A stretch of DNA of 64,000 bases from Novosphingobium sp. (GCA_031372185.1 JANMKT010000029.1:9010-73009), one strand, 5' to 3'; positions 29,355 through 40,938 are shown, counted from the first letter of the stretch. Numbers and translations are program-made. The notes: generated by a model not told the origin, from the sequence alone.

Positions 29355-29929
29355 GCGTCACCGCCCTCTTCCCCATCCCAATCACCGGAGAGGTCAACCG
29401 GGCTGGCCGGCTGAATCGTCGATACCGCGTGCTTGTAGGCCAGCTGAACATAGCCGTCCCGCTCTAGCAACATACAAAACAGATCAAACGCAGCGACCCG
29501 GCCCTGCAGCATCACCCCGTTGACGAGGAACATGGTAACCTGAACTTCGGCTTCGCGAACGCTGGTCAAAAAGACATCCTGCAGCAAACGGATCTTCTTG
29601 GTTCCTTCTGCACCGTTGGCGAACATGCGCACGTCGATTGGCTGCCCCGGCATGATCGTGGAAACAGCGTGTTTGTAGATCAGCTGGGTCTGACCATCGC
29701 GGCGCAGCAGGATCGAGAAATTGTCAAACCACGTCACAATGCCCTGCAGTTTGACACCTTTGACCAGAAACATGGTCACGGGCACTTTATTCTTGCGGAG
29801 TAAGTTCAGGAACTGATCCTGAAGGCTCTGACTCTTCCCGCCGATCGAGGTTACAGCAGGCTCTGCACTTGATTCTTCGACTTCGGCTTTTGCGGGTCGA
29901 GCGCGTGCGGAAAGTGTGCGTTCGGACAT
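29351..29929 (-). CDS. hfq: RNA chaperone Hfq with two tandem Sm domains
   Basis: Two units LQD.FL...VTMFLV.GV.LQG...YKHAVSTI; GGAG SD before ATG 29929. Confidence 0.95.
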   Translation of the reverse strand: MSERTLSARARPAKAEVEESSAEPAVTSIGGKSQSLQDQFLNLLRKNKVPVTMFLVKGVKLQGIVTWFDNFSILLRRDGQTQLIYKHAVSTIMPGQPIDVRMFANGAEGTKKIRLLQDVFLTSVREAEVQVTMFLVNGVMLQGRVAAFDLFCMLLERDGYVQLAYKHAVSTIQPASPVDLSGDWDGEEGGDA

Positions 29930-30050
29930 TGGTGTCTCCATTTTATTGGCAGCCGCTTGTGCGATCTGCAATCTGGCCAATCCCTGCAGAAGCGGGGAAT
30001 CGAACCGGTAATGATATGATGCTAACGCCATCAGGCTGGATGGTAAATAC

Positions 30051-31445
30051 TCAAATTTCCAGCGCCTCATCCTCGTCCTCACGGCGATCTACCATGCCGA
30101 GAAGTTTGAGTTTGCGGTGGAGTGCTGAGCGTTCCATCCCGATGAAGTTCGCGGTCCTCGAAATATTGCCTGAAAAGCGGCGGATCTGAACCCGCAGATA
30201 CTCACGTTCAAAGTTCTCCCGCGCTTCCCGCAAGGGCACCCCCATCAACGCCGAAATTCCCGAGCCACCGCTAATTCGGCCGTTAAGCACTTCGGCAGGA
30301 AGCATATCCGGTTCAATTCGGGCGAGTTTGTCACGCGGAGTGAGAATGATCGTGCGTTCCACTACATTGCGCAGCTGGCGCACATTGCCCGGCCATTCAT
30401 AGGATTGCAGCCCGACCATCGCCTCTGCGCTCACTTCAGGCGGTGCCACGCCTTGATCGGCGGCAAAGCGGGCGAAGAAGTGATCTACCAGCGCCGGAAT
30501 ATCCTCGCGCCGATCCGATAGTGAGGGGATCGCTACCGGCACAACATTAAGCCGATAGAACAGATCTTCACGGAAGCGTCGCTCGGCGATTTCTTTCTCC
30601 AGATTACGCGCGGTTGATGAAACCACCCTGACATCGACCCTGATCTGACGATGCCCACCGACCCGCACGATCGCCTGTTCCGTCAGAACCCGCAAAATCC
30701 GGGCCTGAGTGGAAAGTGGCATGTCGGCCACTTCATCGAGGTACAGGGTCCCTCCATCGGCCATTTCGAGCAGCCCGGCACGTACCAACTTGCCGTCCAC
30801 TTCTTCGCCGAACAGCTCTTGCTCAAATCGTTCGGGCGTGATCCGCGCCGAGTTGACGGTTACGAAAGCCCCGCCCGCGCGCGAACTCCAACTGTGGAGC
30901 AGCCGCGCTGCCACTTCCTTGCCCGATCCAGCTGGTCCGGTAATCAGCAGGCGGCTGCCGGTATTGGCGACCCGCTTCAAGGTGGCGCGGACTTGATTGA
31001 TTGCAGAGCTGTTGCCGGTAAACTCGTCCGAGGTCACAAACCCTTCGCGTAACCGGGCGTTCTCGCGGCGCAGGTTCTCGGTTTCGGTAGCGCGCGCGAC
31101 CAGCAGCAACAGCCGCTCCGCTTCGAACGGTTTCTCGATGAAATCCATCGCGCCCCGGCCAATCGCTGAAACTGCCGTGTCGATATTGCCGTGCCCTGAA
31201 AAGATGATCACTGGCAATTCCGGCTCGCGGCTCTTGATCGCATCGAGCACTTCAAGCCCATCCATTGGGCTGCCGTGAAGCCAAACGTCGAGCAGGACGA
31301 GCGAGGGGCGGCGCTGATCGATCGCATCAAGTGCTGCCTGGCTGTCACCCGCAGTGCGGCATTCATAGCCCTCGTCGCTCAGCACCCCGGCTACGAGTTC
31401 GCGGATATCGCGTTCATCATCGACGATCAGAATATCAAGCGCCAT
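30051..31445 (-). CDS. ntrX: response regulator NtrX
   Basis: Receiver, AAA+ domain lacking GAFTGA, Fis HTH ([11 protein letters not shown]); downstream of ntrY. Confidence 0.93.
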   Translation of the reverse strand: MALDILIVDDERDIRELVAGVLSDEGYECRTAGDSQAALDAIDQRRPSLVLLDVWLHGSPMDGLEVLDAIKSREPELPVIIFSGHGNIDTAVSAIGRGAMDFIEKPFEAERLLLLVARATETENLRRENARLREGFVTSDEFTGNSSAINQVRATLKRVANTGSRLLITGPAGSGKEVAARLLHSWSSRAGGAFVTVNSARITPERFEQELFGEEVDGKLVRAGLLEMADGGTLYLDEVADMPLSTQARILRVLTEQAIVRVGGHRQIRVDVRVVSSTARNLEKEIAERRFREDLFYRLNVVPVAIPSLSDRREDIPALVDHFFARFAADQGVAPPEVSAEAMVGLQSYEWPGNVRQLRNVVERTIILTPRDKLARIEPDMLPAEVLNGRISGGSGISALMGVPLREARENFEREYLRVQIRRFSGNISRTANFIGMERSALHRKLKLLGMVDRREDEDEALEI

Positions 31446-31454
31446 TCAATCTTC

Positions 31455-33668
31455 CTACTCGGCTGCTTCATGTGATCGCTGCCTGGACAACGGATCACGG
31501 GCAAAGCGCATGGAAACTATGGTCCCACCTAGGTTCCCGGCGGCAAATGACATTTCGCCGTCATGCTCTTCGACGATTTTGTTGACGATCGCGAGGCCGA
31601 GCCCGGTACCCTTATCCCGCGTCGTGACATAAGGTTCAGTGATCCGCTCTTTGTCTTGAGGCAGACCGATGCCGTTGTCGGTTATAGTAACGACTACGTC
31701 TTCATTCTTGTGACGAAGCGATACAGCCACTTTTCCGCGATAGTCGGAATCTGCCGACTTCTGCCGAGCTTCGACCGCTTCGATGGCATTCTTGAGGACG
31801 TTGGTCATCGCCTGGCCAAACTGATGGCGGTCGCAGGCGATAATCCCTATTTCTGGATCGCAATCGAACGTGAAATCGATGTCCGGACGCGACACTTCCT
31901 GGAGGAACAGCGCTTGCCGGGCAAGATCGACCGGATCTTCGCCGCGGAACACGGGCTTTGGCAGGCGGGCGAAGGAGGAGAATTCATCGACCATCTTGCG
32001 AAGGTCGCCAACCTGGCGGATGATCGTATTGGTCAGTTCCTCGAACAATTCCGGATCGGCGGTGATCTGTTTGCGATAGCGTCTGCTGAGCCGTTCAGTG
32101 GCAAGCTGAATTGGCGTTAGCGGGTTCTTGATTTCATGGGCAATCCGCCGCGCCACATCGGACCAGGCAGCCTGGCGCTGATCCAGCACCTGGCGGGTTA
32201 TGTCCTCGAAAGTTATCACTGTTCCGGCCTTCTCGCGGGTCAGCTTGACCGCCAGCGTCAGCAGCTCGTTACCGCGGGCATATTGGATCAGTCCGCCACT
32301 CAGTTCACCTTCTACCATCGCTGCGATCGGCGGGGCAATCTCACTCAATTTGCCCCCCACTGAGCCAGCGCCCTTTTGTTCAAGCAGCAGCTTCTGGGCC
32401 GAACTGTTCATCAGCAGAATCTCGCCTGCTGGATTGATCGAAATGATCCCGGCAGTGATTGATTCAAGCACGGCTTCGATAAAGGCGCGGCGTTCATCCA
32501 ATTGCTGATTGGCACCAACCAGCGCCTGCGTCTGACGCTCCAGCTGCCCGGTCATCCGGTTGAATGCACGATTGAGCAGGCCGATTTCATCTGCTCCGGT
32601 GCGGCCCTCGACCCTCAGCGCAAAATTGCCGCTCCCCACTTCGCGCGCAGCAGCAACCAGGTCGTAGAGCGGCTTTACCTGGCGGTCGGCAAAGCGCAGC
32701 CCGAACCAGACCGAAAGCCCGACCAGTCCCAACGAGGCGACAAATAGCGCGACATTGAACTGCAACTGCTGAATTCGCGCGCGTTTTGTGAGCATATCAT
32801 AGGCAACCACGATGTTCTCGGCCCGCTTGCCCTGGCTTAAGGTCAGCAAATCCGAACTACGCGCTGTGTAGAGATATATCCCCGCGCGCCGGTCAATGGG
32901 CGTGACCGCCTCGATCTTGTCAGCTTGCGAGCTGACCACGATCGCCTCGCCGCGATCGAGCTTTCGCAAGACATCGGATGAAACCTGCTCGGAAAGCGGG
33001 CTCTCCCCCAGCAGCAGCGCCGCCCGGCGCAAGGACCCATCGCTGACTTTCTGGAGAATTGTGGACTGGTTGAGCTTCCGATGGGTGGCCTGATATTTGT
33101 AGTATTCCGGGAAAGCCGGGCTGGTGATCGGTTCCTGGCTGAGGAAATCGCGCAAGTCACCGGCCATGGCCAGCGATTCATATTCCATGTCACGCTGGGT
33201 CTGCTCGTAATAACCACGCGCCAGCTTGTTGGCGTTTTCCAGCATCCCGCGCGAACTGTCCGAAAACCAGAATTCGACGCCTGACTGGAACAGGAAAGAG
33301 GCAAAAATCACCAGCATCAGCGTCGGTACCGCCGAGATCATCGAGAACAGGAAGACCAGGCGAACATGGAGGCGCCCCGTGCCACCGACATTTTCCGCTG
33401 CGCGCTGCAGGGCCAGTCGCCTGCCGAGCAAGACCAGGATCGCCATAGCCGGGACGAGTGTGCCGATCAGCAGCGTTGCGGTAAGATCGGACGGGAGAAG
33501 CTGACCCTTTTTCGACTGGGCGCTGACCGCAACCCAGGTTGTCGCCGTCATGATCAGGAATGCGAGGACCGCAACGATTTCCATCACTGCAAAGAAATTG
33601 GCCCGGCGAGCACCGATCTGGATGCGCCGCCACCAGCGCGGCCAGGCTTGAGTGCGCGAAGAGTTCAT
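31455..33668 (-). CDS. ntrY: sensor histidine kinase NtrY
   Basis: TM-HAMP-PAS, H-box RRIAHEIKNPLTPIQL, GTGLGL. Confidence 0.93.
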   Translation of the reverse strand: MNSSRTQAWPRWWRRIQIGARRANFFAVMEIVAVLAFLIMTATTWVAVSAQSKKGQLLPSDLTATLLIGTLVPAMAILVLLGRRLALQRAAENVGGTGRLHVRLVFLFSMISAVPTLMLVIFASFLFQSGVEFWFSDSSRGMLENANKLARGYYEQTQRDMEYESLAMAGDLRDFLSQEPITSPAFPEYYKYQATHRKLNQSTILQKVSDGSLRRAALLLGESPLSEQVSSDVLRKLDRGEAIVVSSQADKIEAVTPIDRRAGIYLYTARSSDLLTLSQGKRAENIVVAYDMLTKRARIQQLQFNVALFVASLGLVGLSVWFGLRFADRQVKPLYDLVAAAREVGSGNFALRVEGRTGADEIGLLNRAFNRMTGQLERQTQALVGANQQLDERRAFIEAVLESITAGIISINPAGEILLMNSSAQKLLLEQKGAGSVGGKLSEIAPPIAAMVEGELSGGLIQYARGNELLTLAVKLTREKAGTVITFEDITRQVLDQRQAAWSDVARRIAHEIKNPLTPIQLATERLSRRYRKQITADPELFEELTNTIIRQVGDLRKMVDEFSSFARLPKPVFRGEDPVDLARQALFLQEVSRPDIDFTFDCDPEIGIIACDRHQFGQAMTNVLKNAIEAVEARQKSADSDYRGKVAVSLRHKNEDVVVTITDNGIGLPQDKERITEPYVTTRDKGTGLGLAIVNKIVEEHDGEMSFAAGNLGGTIVSMRFARDPLSRQRSHEAAE

Positions 33669-33718
33669 CGTTGCTAGCTTACAACACCACTGTTGCTCAA
33701 TTGCAAGGGCTTTTGCCG

Positions 33719-35131
33719 CTAGTCAGGGCGAGCGCAGGCTTCTGGATCAATTGCCAGTTCGGACAGGCGCTTGCGCAAAGTATTACGATTTATTCCAAGC
33801 ATTTGGGCGGCCCGCAGCTGATTGCCGCCGGTTGCTTTAAGCACTTCGCTGAACAGCGGCCGCTCGAATGCGGCCAATGCACTGTCATAGACCGTGCCCG
33901 AAGCGGGCTGTTCTGTTTCAAGCCACTGCTTTACGGCATTGTCGAGGCCCACACTCCCCTGAGCGCAGCTGTCCGACCGTGCAGTTTGCACCAGGTGCGA
34001 TGCAAGAGCTGCTGCGTCGACAATTTCTTCGCGCGCAAGCAGGGCCAGGCGGTAAATAAAGTTGCGCAGCTCGCGCACGTTGCCGCGCCACGGCTGCCGG
34101 GCAAGCAGTTCTGCCGCATCGGGTGAAAGTTGTCGGCGCGGCAGACCCTCTGTGGCGGCGAGGATCAGAAAATGATGGGCAAGCGCCGGAATATCGGAGG
34201 TGCGTTCACGCAGGGCCGGAAGCGTAATCGGCACCACATTTAGCCGGTAGTAAAGATCTTCGCGAAAAGTCCCGGCCGCGATCATCGGTTCAAGATCGCG
34301 ATTGGTGGCAGCAATGATCCGCGTGTCGATCGCCACTTCCTCACGCCCGCCAACCCGGCGGATCCGGCCTGATTGCAACGCCCTGAGCAGCCGGGTCTGC
34401 GCCTGCATCGGCATGTCGCCAATTTCATCGAGGAACAACGTGCCCCCGGCGGATTGCTCAAACTTGCCGATATGCCGCGCGATGGCCCCTGTGAAGGCGC
34501 CCTTTTCATGGCCAAACAGCTCGCTTTCGATCAGTTCGGCAGGGATCGCAGCGGTATTGACCGCAACAAATGGCCCGGCTTGCCGTGCGCCAAGCTGGTG
34601 GATCGCCTCGGCGACCAATTCCTTGCCTGTGCCGCTTTCACCCAGGACCAAGACGGTCAGATCATTGCGCAGAACCCGAGTGATCATCCGGTAGACCCCC
34701 TGCATCGGCGCGCTACGGCCAACCAGTGGCAGCCCCACCGGGGCTGGCTCATCTTCCTCGTCAGCGCGCAATCCACTGGTCCCGATTGCCTGGCGGACGG
34801 TTCGCGCCAATTCGTCAATGTCGAATGGTTTGGGGAAATACTCAAATGCGCCGGTGTCACTGGCACGCACCGCCGTATCAAGCGTATTCTGCGCCGAGAG
34901 GATGATGATCGGCAACTTTGGGAAGCGCTCTCGGACCCGGCCCAAACTCTCGATCCCGTCGCCATCGGTCAGCATCACATCGGTGACCAGCGCCGAAAAC
35001 TCCTTGTGGCCGAGCAGCTGATCGCGGCCTGCAATGCTGTCACAGCGTGTCACTGGAAAGCCCTCTGCCTCCAAAGCGGCGGTGATGACGATAGCAATGG
35101 TTTCGTCGTCTTCGACCAGCAGCACATTCAT
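33719..35131 (-). CDS. ntrC: nitrogen regulation response regulator NtrC
   Basis: Receiver, GESGTGKE, GAFTGA, WRGNVREL, Fis HTH. Confidence 0.92.
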   Translation of the reverse strand: MNVLLVEDDETIAIVITAALEAEGFPVTRCDSIAGRDQLLGHKEFSALVTDVMLTDGDGIESLGRVRERFPKLPIIILSAQNTLDTAVRASDTGAFEYFPKPFDIDELARTVRQAIGTSGLRADEEDEPAPVGLPLVGRSAPMQGVYRMITRVLRNDLTVLVLGESGTGKELVAEAIHQLGARQAGPFVAVNTAAIPAELIESELFGHEKGAFTGAIARHIGKFEQSAGGTLFLDEIGDMPMQAQTRLLRALQSGRIRRVGGREEVAIDTRIIAATNRDLEPMIAAGTFREDLYYRLNVVPITLPALRERTSDIPALAHHFLILAATEGLPRRQLSPDAAELLARQPWRGNVRELRNFIYRLALLAREEIVDAAALASHLVQTARSDSCAQGSVGLDNAVKQWLETEQPASGTVYDSALAAFERPLFSEVLKATGGNQLRAAQMLGINRNTLRKRLSELAIDPEACARPD

Positions 35132-36216
35132 GTCAGTCGGTCCTGATCTGGGCGGCGGACTTCGCTGGCCATCGGCAAGTGAACGCGAAAATGCGTCCAT
35201 TGCCCGGAGTCGTCGCGGTCATGGCCAACCCGGCCGTTCATATCCCGAACCAGACGGCGAACGAGAGCCAGGCCCAGCCCCTGCCCGCTCTTCTTGGTCG
35301 TCACGAACGGCTCAAACACGTGGTCACGCATGGCTGGATCGATCCCCGGTCCATTGTCCGAAACGCGCAGCTCGATCGGCAGGCGCACCGGCTTGCCCTC
35401 GGCTGAGGGCTGGAGCTGGAGTCCACTGGCAAAGCGGGTGCGAACCACTACCTGCGGCGGCGCGCTGTTGCGGCAGGCCTCGCTGGCATTGGCGAGCAGG
35501 TTGATCAACACCTGGACCAGCGCATCGACATTGCCGAGTACCTGCGGGAGTGAGGGATCGAACTCCTCGGTAACAAGCGGAGCCTGGCCACTTGCATCAA
35601 GCACCGCGCGGGCACGGCGGATAGCTTCATGGAGATTGCAGGGTGCCAACACTTGCGGAGTGCGACTGCTGAGGGATTGCATCTGGTCGATCAGCTTGGC
35701 GATCCGGTCGACCTCATCGGTGATAAGCACGGTCAGCGTCAGGTCCGCCCCAGCCAATTTGCGCCCAAGCAATTGCGCCGCGCCGCGAATCCCGGCGAGT
35801 GGATTTTTGATCTCATGGGCAAGGATTTCCGGCGCGCGGACCACCACATCATCGCTGCCCGGATTCTCGCCCATTGCACCGGCGCTGCTGACATCGTGGA
35901 TAGTCAGCACTTGCCAGCCCGCCTGATCGATCACCGGAGCGATCATCACGTCAAGCAGGCGCGGCCCCTGCCCAGGCAAAAAGACACTGGTCGCACGAGC
36001 AGAAATCTGCGCATCGCTGTCTGCCAAACCCTCGGTCAGGCGCGGCTCGTCGAAGCGGAGCACTTCGCCGAGCGACCGCCCGGCCAGACGACGGATACTC
36101 TGGCCAAGAAATTGCTCAGCAGCCGGATTGGCAGAAGCTATTTTCTGGTCCGGCCCCAGCAGCAGCACCGCCAGCGGCAGGCTGGCAAGTTGGCGCTGCG
36201 CATCGGGCGAAAGCAT
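35128..36216 (-). CDS. ntrB: histidine kinase NtrB
   Basis: PAS, LAHEIKNPLAGIRGAAQLL, GQGLGL. Confidence 0.92.
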   Translation of the reverse strand: MLSPDAQRQLASLPLAVLLLGPDQKIASANPAAEQFLGQSIRRLAGRSLGEVLRFDEPRLTEGLADSDAQISARATSVFLPGQGPRLLDVMIAPVIDQAGWQVLTIHDVSSAGAMGENPGSDDVVVRAPEILAHEIKNPLAGIRGAAQLLGRKLAGADLTLTVLITDEVDRIAKLIDQMQSLSSRTPQVLAPCNLHEAIRRARAVLDASGQAPLVTEEFDPSLPQVLGNVDALVQVLINLLANASEACRNSAPPQVVVRTRFASGLQLQPSAEGKPVRLPIELRVSDNGPGIDPAMRDHVFEPFVTTKKSGQGLGLALVRRLVRDMNGRVGHDRDDSGQWTHFRVHLPMASEVRRPDQDRLT

Positions 36217-37232
36217 CAGGCCGCCTGGCGCTGGAGAAACGGGGCAAAGAACCCGGTCAGCGAACGGATGACTTCCACCGGATCATCGATAAAATTCACC
36301 TTGTTGCGGAACTCAGCCGAGCCGGGCAGGCCTTTGGTATACCAGCCCAGGTGCTTGCGGGCCATCTTGACCCCGGTGTCGCTGGTATAATGAATGAGCA
36401 TTGCCTCATAATGCTCTAAAATCAGGTCAAATTGTTGGTCAATCGTTGGATCGGGCAAGCTGACGCCATGACGCAGCCAATGCATCACCTGACCCAGCAG
36501 CCACGGCTTACCATAGGCCCCACGTCCGATCATCACCCCGTCCGCGCCGCTTTGTTCCAGCGCGCAGGCCGCATCATCAATTCCGCAAATGTCACCATTG
36601 ACGATTACCGGGATCGAGACCGCTTCCTTGACGCGGGCGACAAAGGCCCAATCGGCATCATCCCGGTACATCTGGTTGCGGGTGCGGCCGTGCACGGTGA
36701 TCATTTTTGCACCGAGATCCTGCGCAATCCGGGCCAGTTCCGGGGCATTGAGCGAGGCATGATCCCAGCCCATTCGCATCTTGACCGTCACCGGCACATC
36801 AACCGCGTCAACCGTCGCCTTGATCAGCGCGGCAGCCAGCGGCAAATCGCGCATCAGAGCGGACCCGGCATCGCCATTGACCACTTTCTTGACCGGGCAG
36901 CCCATGTTGATGTCGATGATGGCCGCGCCGCGATCAGCGTTGAGCTTGGCTGCTTCGGCCATTTCAGCCGGTGAGCAGCCAGCCAATTGAAGCGAAACCG
37001 GCTCTTCCACCGCATCCCAGGCCGCTTTCTGCAGCGATTGGCGGGTTTCACGGATCATCGCCGGGCTGGCGATCATTTCGGTCACGTTGAGCCCCGAGCC
37101 ATAGTGCCGCACCAGTTTGCGGAACGGCATATCGGTCACCCCGGTCATCGGGGCGAGAATAACCGGACAGTTGATCTGGACCGGGCCGATCGAAATCGGG
37201 GCCAGCTGGGGCGGAGCGGGAAGCGGGTTCAT
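36216..37232 (-). CDS. dusB: tRNA-dihydrouridine synthase DusB (NifR3)
   Basis: [29 protein letters not shown]. Confidence 0.96.
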   Translation of the reverse strand: MNPLPAPPQLAPISIGPVQINCPVILAPMTGVTDMPFRKLVRHYGSGLNVTEMIASPAMIRETRQSLQKAAWDAVEEPVSLQLAGCSPAEMAEAAKLNADRGAAIIDINMGCPVKKVVNGDAGSALMRDLPLAAALIKATVDAVDVPVTVKMRMGWDHASLNAPELARIAQDLGAKMITVHGRTRNQMYRDDADWAFVARVKEAVSIPVIVNGDICGIDDAACALEQSGADGVMIGRGAYGKPWLLGQVMHWLRHGVSLPDPTIDQQFDLILEHYEAMLIHYTSDTGVKMARKHLGWYTKGLPGSAEFRNKVNFIDDPVEVIRSLTGFFAPFLQRQAA

Positions 37233-37306
37233 CGTACGTGCCTAAAATTTAGGCAGCGCATAGTGGATTGCCCCTTTGACAGCAAGCGATTACCCGCGCG
37301 GACAGT

Positions 37307-38458
37307 ATGACCAATCCTGCCTCCTCCATCCCTCATACCGCCGCCATCATAGTCGCAGCCGGTGCCGGCTTGCGTGCGGACCAGGCCGTCCCCAAGCAAT
37401 TCGCACGCTGGCGCGGCAGGCCGGTGGTGCGGCATTCGGCGGAAGCTTTTGCTGCAGTGGGCATTTCTCCGATCGTGGTGGTGATCCCTCAAGGCGCTGA
37501 CGCCATTGCGCAAGCGGCGCTGGACGGTATTCCCGGCGTCCGTTTCGTAACCGGCGGTGCAACGCGTCAGCAATCGGTTTGCAACGGTCTTGCAAGCCTG
37601 GAAGTCGAATCGCCAGAGATCGTCCTGATTCACGACGCCGCTCGCCCCGCCCTGCCCCGCGCTGTGATCGAGCGCCTCATGGCCGCCATCGCTGTTCACC
37701 CGGGAGCCATCCCGGTTTTGCCAATAGTGGATAGCCTTGCCGAAGCAGCTGGCGCAGTAATGGGCAAGCCCGCGGATCGTTCGGCGCTGCGCCGGGTGCA
37801 GACACCGCAGGCGTTTCGCTTTGCCGAAATCCTTGCCGCTCACCGCAACTGGAGCGGGGCGGCAGACGCGGGTGACGATGCCCAGATTGCCCACGCTGCC
37901 GGAATGGCAGTAGCGTTGGTTGATGGAGATGAATGCTTGAGCAAGCTAACCTTTGCCAGTGATTTCGCCCCGGCACTGCCGCCTGTCCGGGTGGGCAGCG
38001 GCTATGATGTTCACCGCCTTGCTGATGGCGAAGAGCTGTGGCTTTGCGGGGTAAAGATCGCCCACTCCCAAGGGCTTGCTGGACACAGCGATGCCGATGT
38101 CGCGATCCATGCCTTGGTCGATGCGCTGCTCGGGGCGATTGGCCAAGGTGATATCGGCAGTCATTTCCCGCCGAGTGAGCCGGAATGGCGCGGTGCTTCG
38201 TCGGATCGTTTCCTAAGCTATGCGGTCGCGCTTGCGGCAGCGACGGGCTATGCTGTCGGTAATGTCGACGTCACCTTGATCTGCGAAGCACCGCGCATTG
38301 GCCCGCACCGCGAAGCGATGCGAGCGCGGCTCGCCGAGCTGCTGGGCGTTGACATTACTGCGGTGAGCGTCAAGGCGACAACCACCGAACGCCTTGGATT
38401 CACTGGTCGCGCAGAAGGAATCGCCGCGCAGGCCGTTGCTACCCTGTTCCTTAACTGA
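37307..38458 (+). CDS. ispDF: bifunctional IspD/IspF
   Basis: IVAAGAG.R, IHDAARP, QTPQAF; RVGSGYDVH, GHSDADVAIH, GDIGSHFP. Confidence 0.96.
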   Translation: MTNPASSIPHTAAIIVAAGAGLRADQAVPKQFARWRGRPVVRHSAEAFAAVGISPIVVVIPQGADAIAQAALDGIPGVRFVTGGATRQQSVCNGLASLEVESPEIVLIHDAARPALPRAVIERLMAAIAVHPGAIPVLPIVDSLAEAAGAVMGKPADRSALRRVQTPQAFRFAEILAAHRNWSGAADAGDDAQIAHAAGMAVALVDGDECLSKLTFASDFAPALPPVRVGSGYDVHRLADGEELWLCGVKIAHSQGLAGHSDADVAIHALVDALLGAIGQGDIGSHFPPSEPEWRGASSDRFLSYAVALAAATGYAVGNVDVTLICEAPRIGPHREAMRARLAELLGVDITAVSVKATTTERLGFTGRAEGIAAQAVATLFLN

Positions 38459-38470
38459 AGGACTTTGCCA

Positions 38471-39001
38471 ATGCGCTGTTTACCTCTCGCTGTTGCCGCC
38501 GCGCTGACCGTGCTGCCAGGTTTGGCCCACGCCGCCGAGCCGCCATGCCTGACCTCGGGCGAATTCGCCTCACTTTCGAGCTATGCCTTGCCCAGCATGA
38601 TCCGTGGCACTGCGCAGCGCTGCGCTGCCGTTTTGCCGGGCAATGCCTTCCTCCGCACCGGCAGCGATCAGTTGGCGTCACGCTATGATGCGCGCAAATC
38701 AGCTTCCTGGCCCGGCGCCAAGGCAGCCTTTATCAAGATCGGCGCAGCCACCAATCCGCAGGCAGCAGATATATTCAAGCTGATGTCCGACGATGCTCTG
38801 CAGCCGATGGTCGATAGTCTGATCCAGGGCATGGTCGGTCAGCAATTGCCGACAACCCGCTGCAGCGCGGTGAACCGGCTGGTCATGCTGCTTGCGCCCC
38901 TCCCCGCCGAAAATACGGCTGAACTGATCGGGCTGGCCGCCGGTTTGGGGGCGAAGGACGGCAAGGCCAAGGTCGGCCAGTTCAGCATCTGTACCGCCTG
39001 A
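38471..39001 (+). CDS. secreted hypothetical protein
   Basis: Signal peptide ending AHA; four Cys. Confidence 0.75.
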   Translation: MRCLPLAVAAALTVLPGLAHAAEPPCLTSGEFASLSSYALPSMIRGTAQRCAAVLPGNAFLRTGSDQLASRYDARKSASWPGAKAAFIKIGAATNPQAADIFKLMSDDALQPMVDSLIQGMVGQQLPTTRCSAVNRLVMLLAPLPAENTAELIGLAAGLGAKDGKAKVGQFSICTA

Positions 39002-39498
39002 TGATTGGCGGCTTGCTTCCTGACGAGCTAATAGCGCTGGCGGCCCGTGTGGTTGCAGAAAACCGCGCATCCGGGCGGACAATTGCGCTGGCCGAAAGCT
39101 GCACGGGCGGGCTGGTTGCGGCAGCGATCACCGAGATCGCCGGATCATCGGCGGTGCTGGACCGGGGTTTTGTTACCTATTCGAACGAAGCCAAGCACGA
39201 AATGCTCGGCGTTTCGAGCGACATAATAGACACTTTTGGCGCGGTTTCGATCGCTTGCGCGTGGTCGATGGCACAAGGTGCCTTAAAGCACAGCCGGGCC
39301 GATGTCACCGTCGCAATCAGCGGGATTGCCGGCCCCGATGGCGGCAATGCGCAGAAACCGGTCGGCACAGTGGTCTTCGCCCGGGCAATCCGGGGCAGTG
39401 ACGAAGTAATGGCCGAGGAGCGGCTGCTTGAAGCCACCAGCCGCGCCGAGGTGCGCTATCAGGCGACGCTGATGGCACTGGAATTGCTGCTGCCGTAG
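39001..39498 (+). CDS. CinA family nicotinamide-nucleotide amidohydrolase
   Basis: AESCTGG, YSNEAK, SGIAGPDGG. Confidence 0.92.
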   Translation: MIGGLLPDELIALAARVVAENRASGRTIALAESCTGGLVAAAITEIAGSSAVLDRGFVTYSNEAKHEMLGVSSDIIDTFGAVSIACAWSMAQGALKHSRADVTVAISGIAGPDGGNAQKPVGTVVFARAIRGSDEVMAEERLLEATSRAEVRYQATLMALELLLP

Positions 39499-39920
39499 AG
39501 TTCTTCAGCGCGGGCTTCGAACGCGCCGACCATCTTGCGGAACGCCCGGTCGAAATATTGTCCGGCAAGCCGCTCAAACATAGCGTTACGGAAAGTGAAC
39601 TCAACGCTGAACTCCACTTCGCAGCCGCCCCCCTCGCAAGCGGAAAACGCCCAGACATTGTCGAGATCGCGCAGCGGCCCATCGACATAGTGGACCTTGA
39701 TCAGTTCCGCCCGGCGCTTTTCAACCCGCGAAGTGAACTTTTCGCGCAGGGCCTTGAAACCGATCAGAATGTCAGCGATCATTTCGGTCTCGCTGTCAGA
39801 GCGGACTCTGGTCGCCACCACCCAGGGCAGGAATTCGCCATATCTAGCCACATCGGCGACCAGATCGAACATCTGTTCAGCCGACCACGGCATTCGCCGC
39901 ACTTCACGGATACCAGGCAT
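39459..39920 (-). CDS. RatA/PasT (COQ10-like START) family protein
   Basis: MFDLVADVARYGEFLPW, FTSRV, GPLRDL.N.W; next to lipA. Confidence 0.9.
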   Translation of the reverse strand: MPGIREVRRMPWSAEQMFDLVADVARYGEFLPWVVATRVRSDSETEMIADILIGFKALREKFTSRVEKRRAELIKVHYVDGPLRDLDNVWAFSACEGGGCEVEFSVEFTFRNAMFERLAGQYFDRAFRKMVGAFEARAEELYGSSNSSAISVA

Positions 39921-40849
39921 CAGCGTGCTTTTGAGAGCTGGATTTCGCGGGCTGCGCGCATTTGCTTGAAATCATCGCCGGCGTGATAGCTTGAACGGGT
40001 CAGCGGGCTGGCCGCGACTTGCAGAAATCCCTTGGCCCGGGCAATTGCACCATAGGCCGCAAAGGCCTGCGGGGTAACGAAATCGATCACTTTGGCATGC
40101 TTTGGCGTGGGCTGAAGATATTGCCCCATGGTCAGGAAATCGATTTCGGCACAGCGCATATCATCCATCACCTGATGCACTTCGAGCCGTTCCTCGCCCA
40201 GTCCCAGCATTACGCCGGACTTGGTGAATAGCCCAGGATCGTGGCGCTTGACCTGTTCAAGCAACCGCAGCGAAGCGTAATACCGCGCACCGGGCCGGAT
40301 CGTCGGATACAACCGCGGCACTGTTTCCAGATTGTGATTATAAACATCTGGACCCGCAATCACGATCGATTCGACCGCGCTTTCCATCTTGTTGCGGAAA
40401 TCGGGAGTAAGAATCTCGATCGTGGTGCCAGGGGTTGTCCGCCGCAGGGCTTCGATCACTTTGACGAACTGGCTGGCACCGCCATCGGGCAAATCATCCC
40501 GGTCAACCGAAGTAATGACGATATGCTCAAGCCCCAGCTTGGCGGCAGCGATGGCCACGTGTTCCGGCTCTAGCGGATCGACCGCACGGGGCATCCCGGT
40601 CTTGACGTTGCAAAAGGCGCAGGCACGGGTACAGACATCGCCCAGGATCATCACCGTGGCGTGTTTCTTGGTCCAGCATTCGCCGATATTGGGGCAGGCC
40701 GCTTCTTCACAGACCGTATTGAGGCCGAGATCGCGCATCAGCTGGCGGGTCTCGCCATAGCCCTTGCTGGTCGGCGCTTTGACGCGAATCCAGTCGGGCT
40801 TGCGTTGGCGTTCTGAGGGAAGAGCGGAGAGGGTTGGTAATGCGGTCAT
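39920..40849 (-). CDS. lipA: lipoyl synthase
   Basis: [24 protein letters not shown]. Confidence 0.97.
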   Translation of the reverse strand: MTALPTLSALPSERQRKPDWIRVKAPTSKGYGETRQLMRDLGLNTVCEEAACPNIGECWTKKHATVMILGDVCTRACAFCNVKTGMPRAVDPLEPEHVAIAAAKLGLEHIVITSVDRDDLPDGGASQFVKVIEALRRTTPGTTIEILTPDFRNKMESAVESIVIAGPDVYNHNLETVPRLYPTIRPGARYYASLRLLEQVKRHDPGLFTKSGVMLGLGEERLEVHQVMDDMRCAEIDFLTMGQYLQPTPKHAKVIDFVTPQAFAAYGAIARAKGFLQVAASPLTRSSYHAGDDFKQMRAAREIQLSKAR

Positions 40850-40938
40850 TGCTAGCGATCTAGCCACGTTGTCTGGATTTGCCAATGGCAAGGTCCCACG
40901 GCTTGCGTTAAGGAGCCGTTGCCGTTAGCTACCAGCTC

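Noticed and set aside
39459-39920. RatA/PasT as a second toxin-antitoxin system
   Set aside because: No antitoxin partner is adjacent; the lipA linkage and START fold fit the ubiquinone-related COQ10 role.
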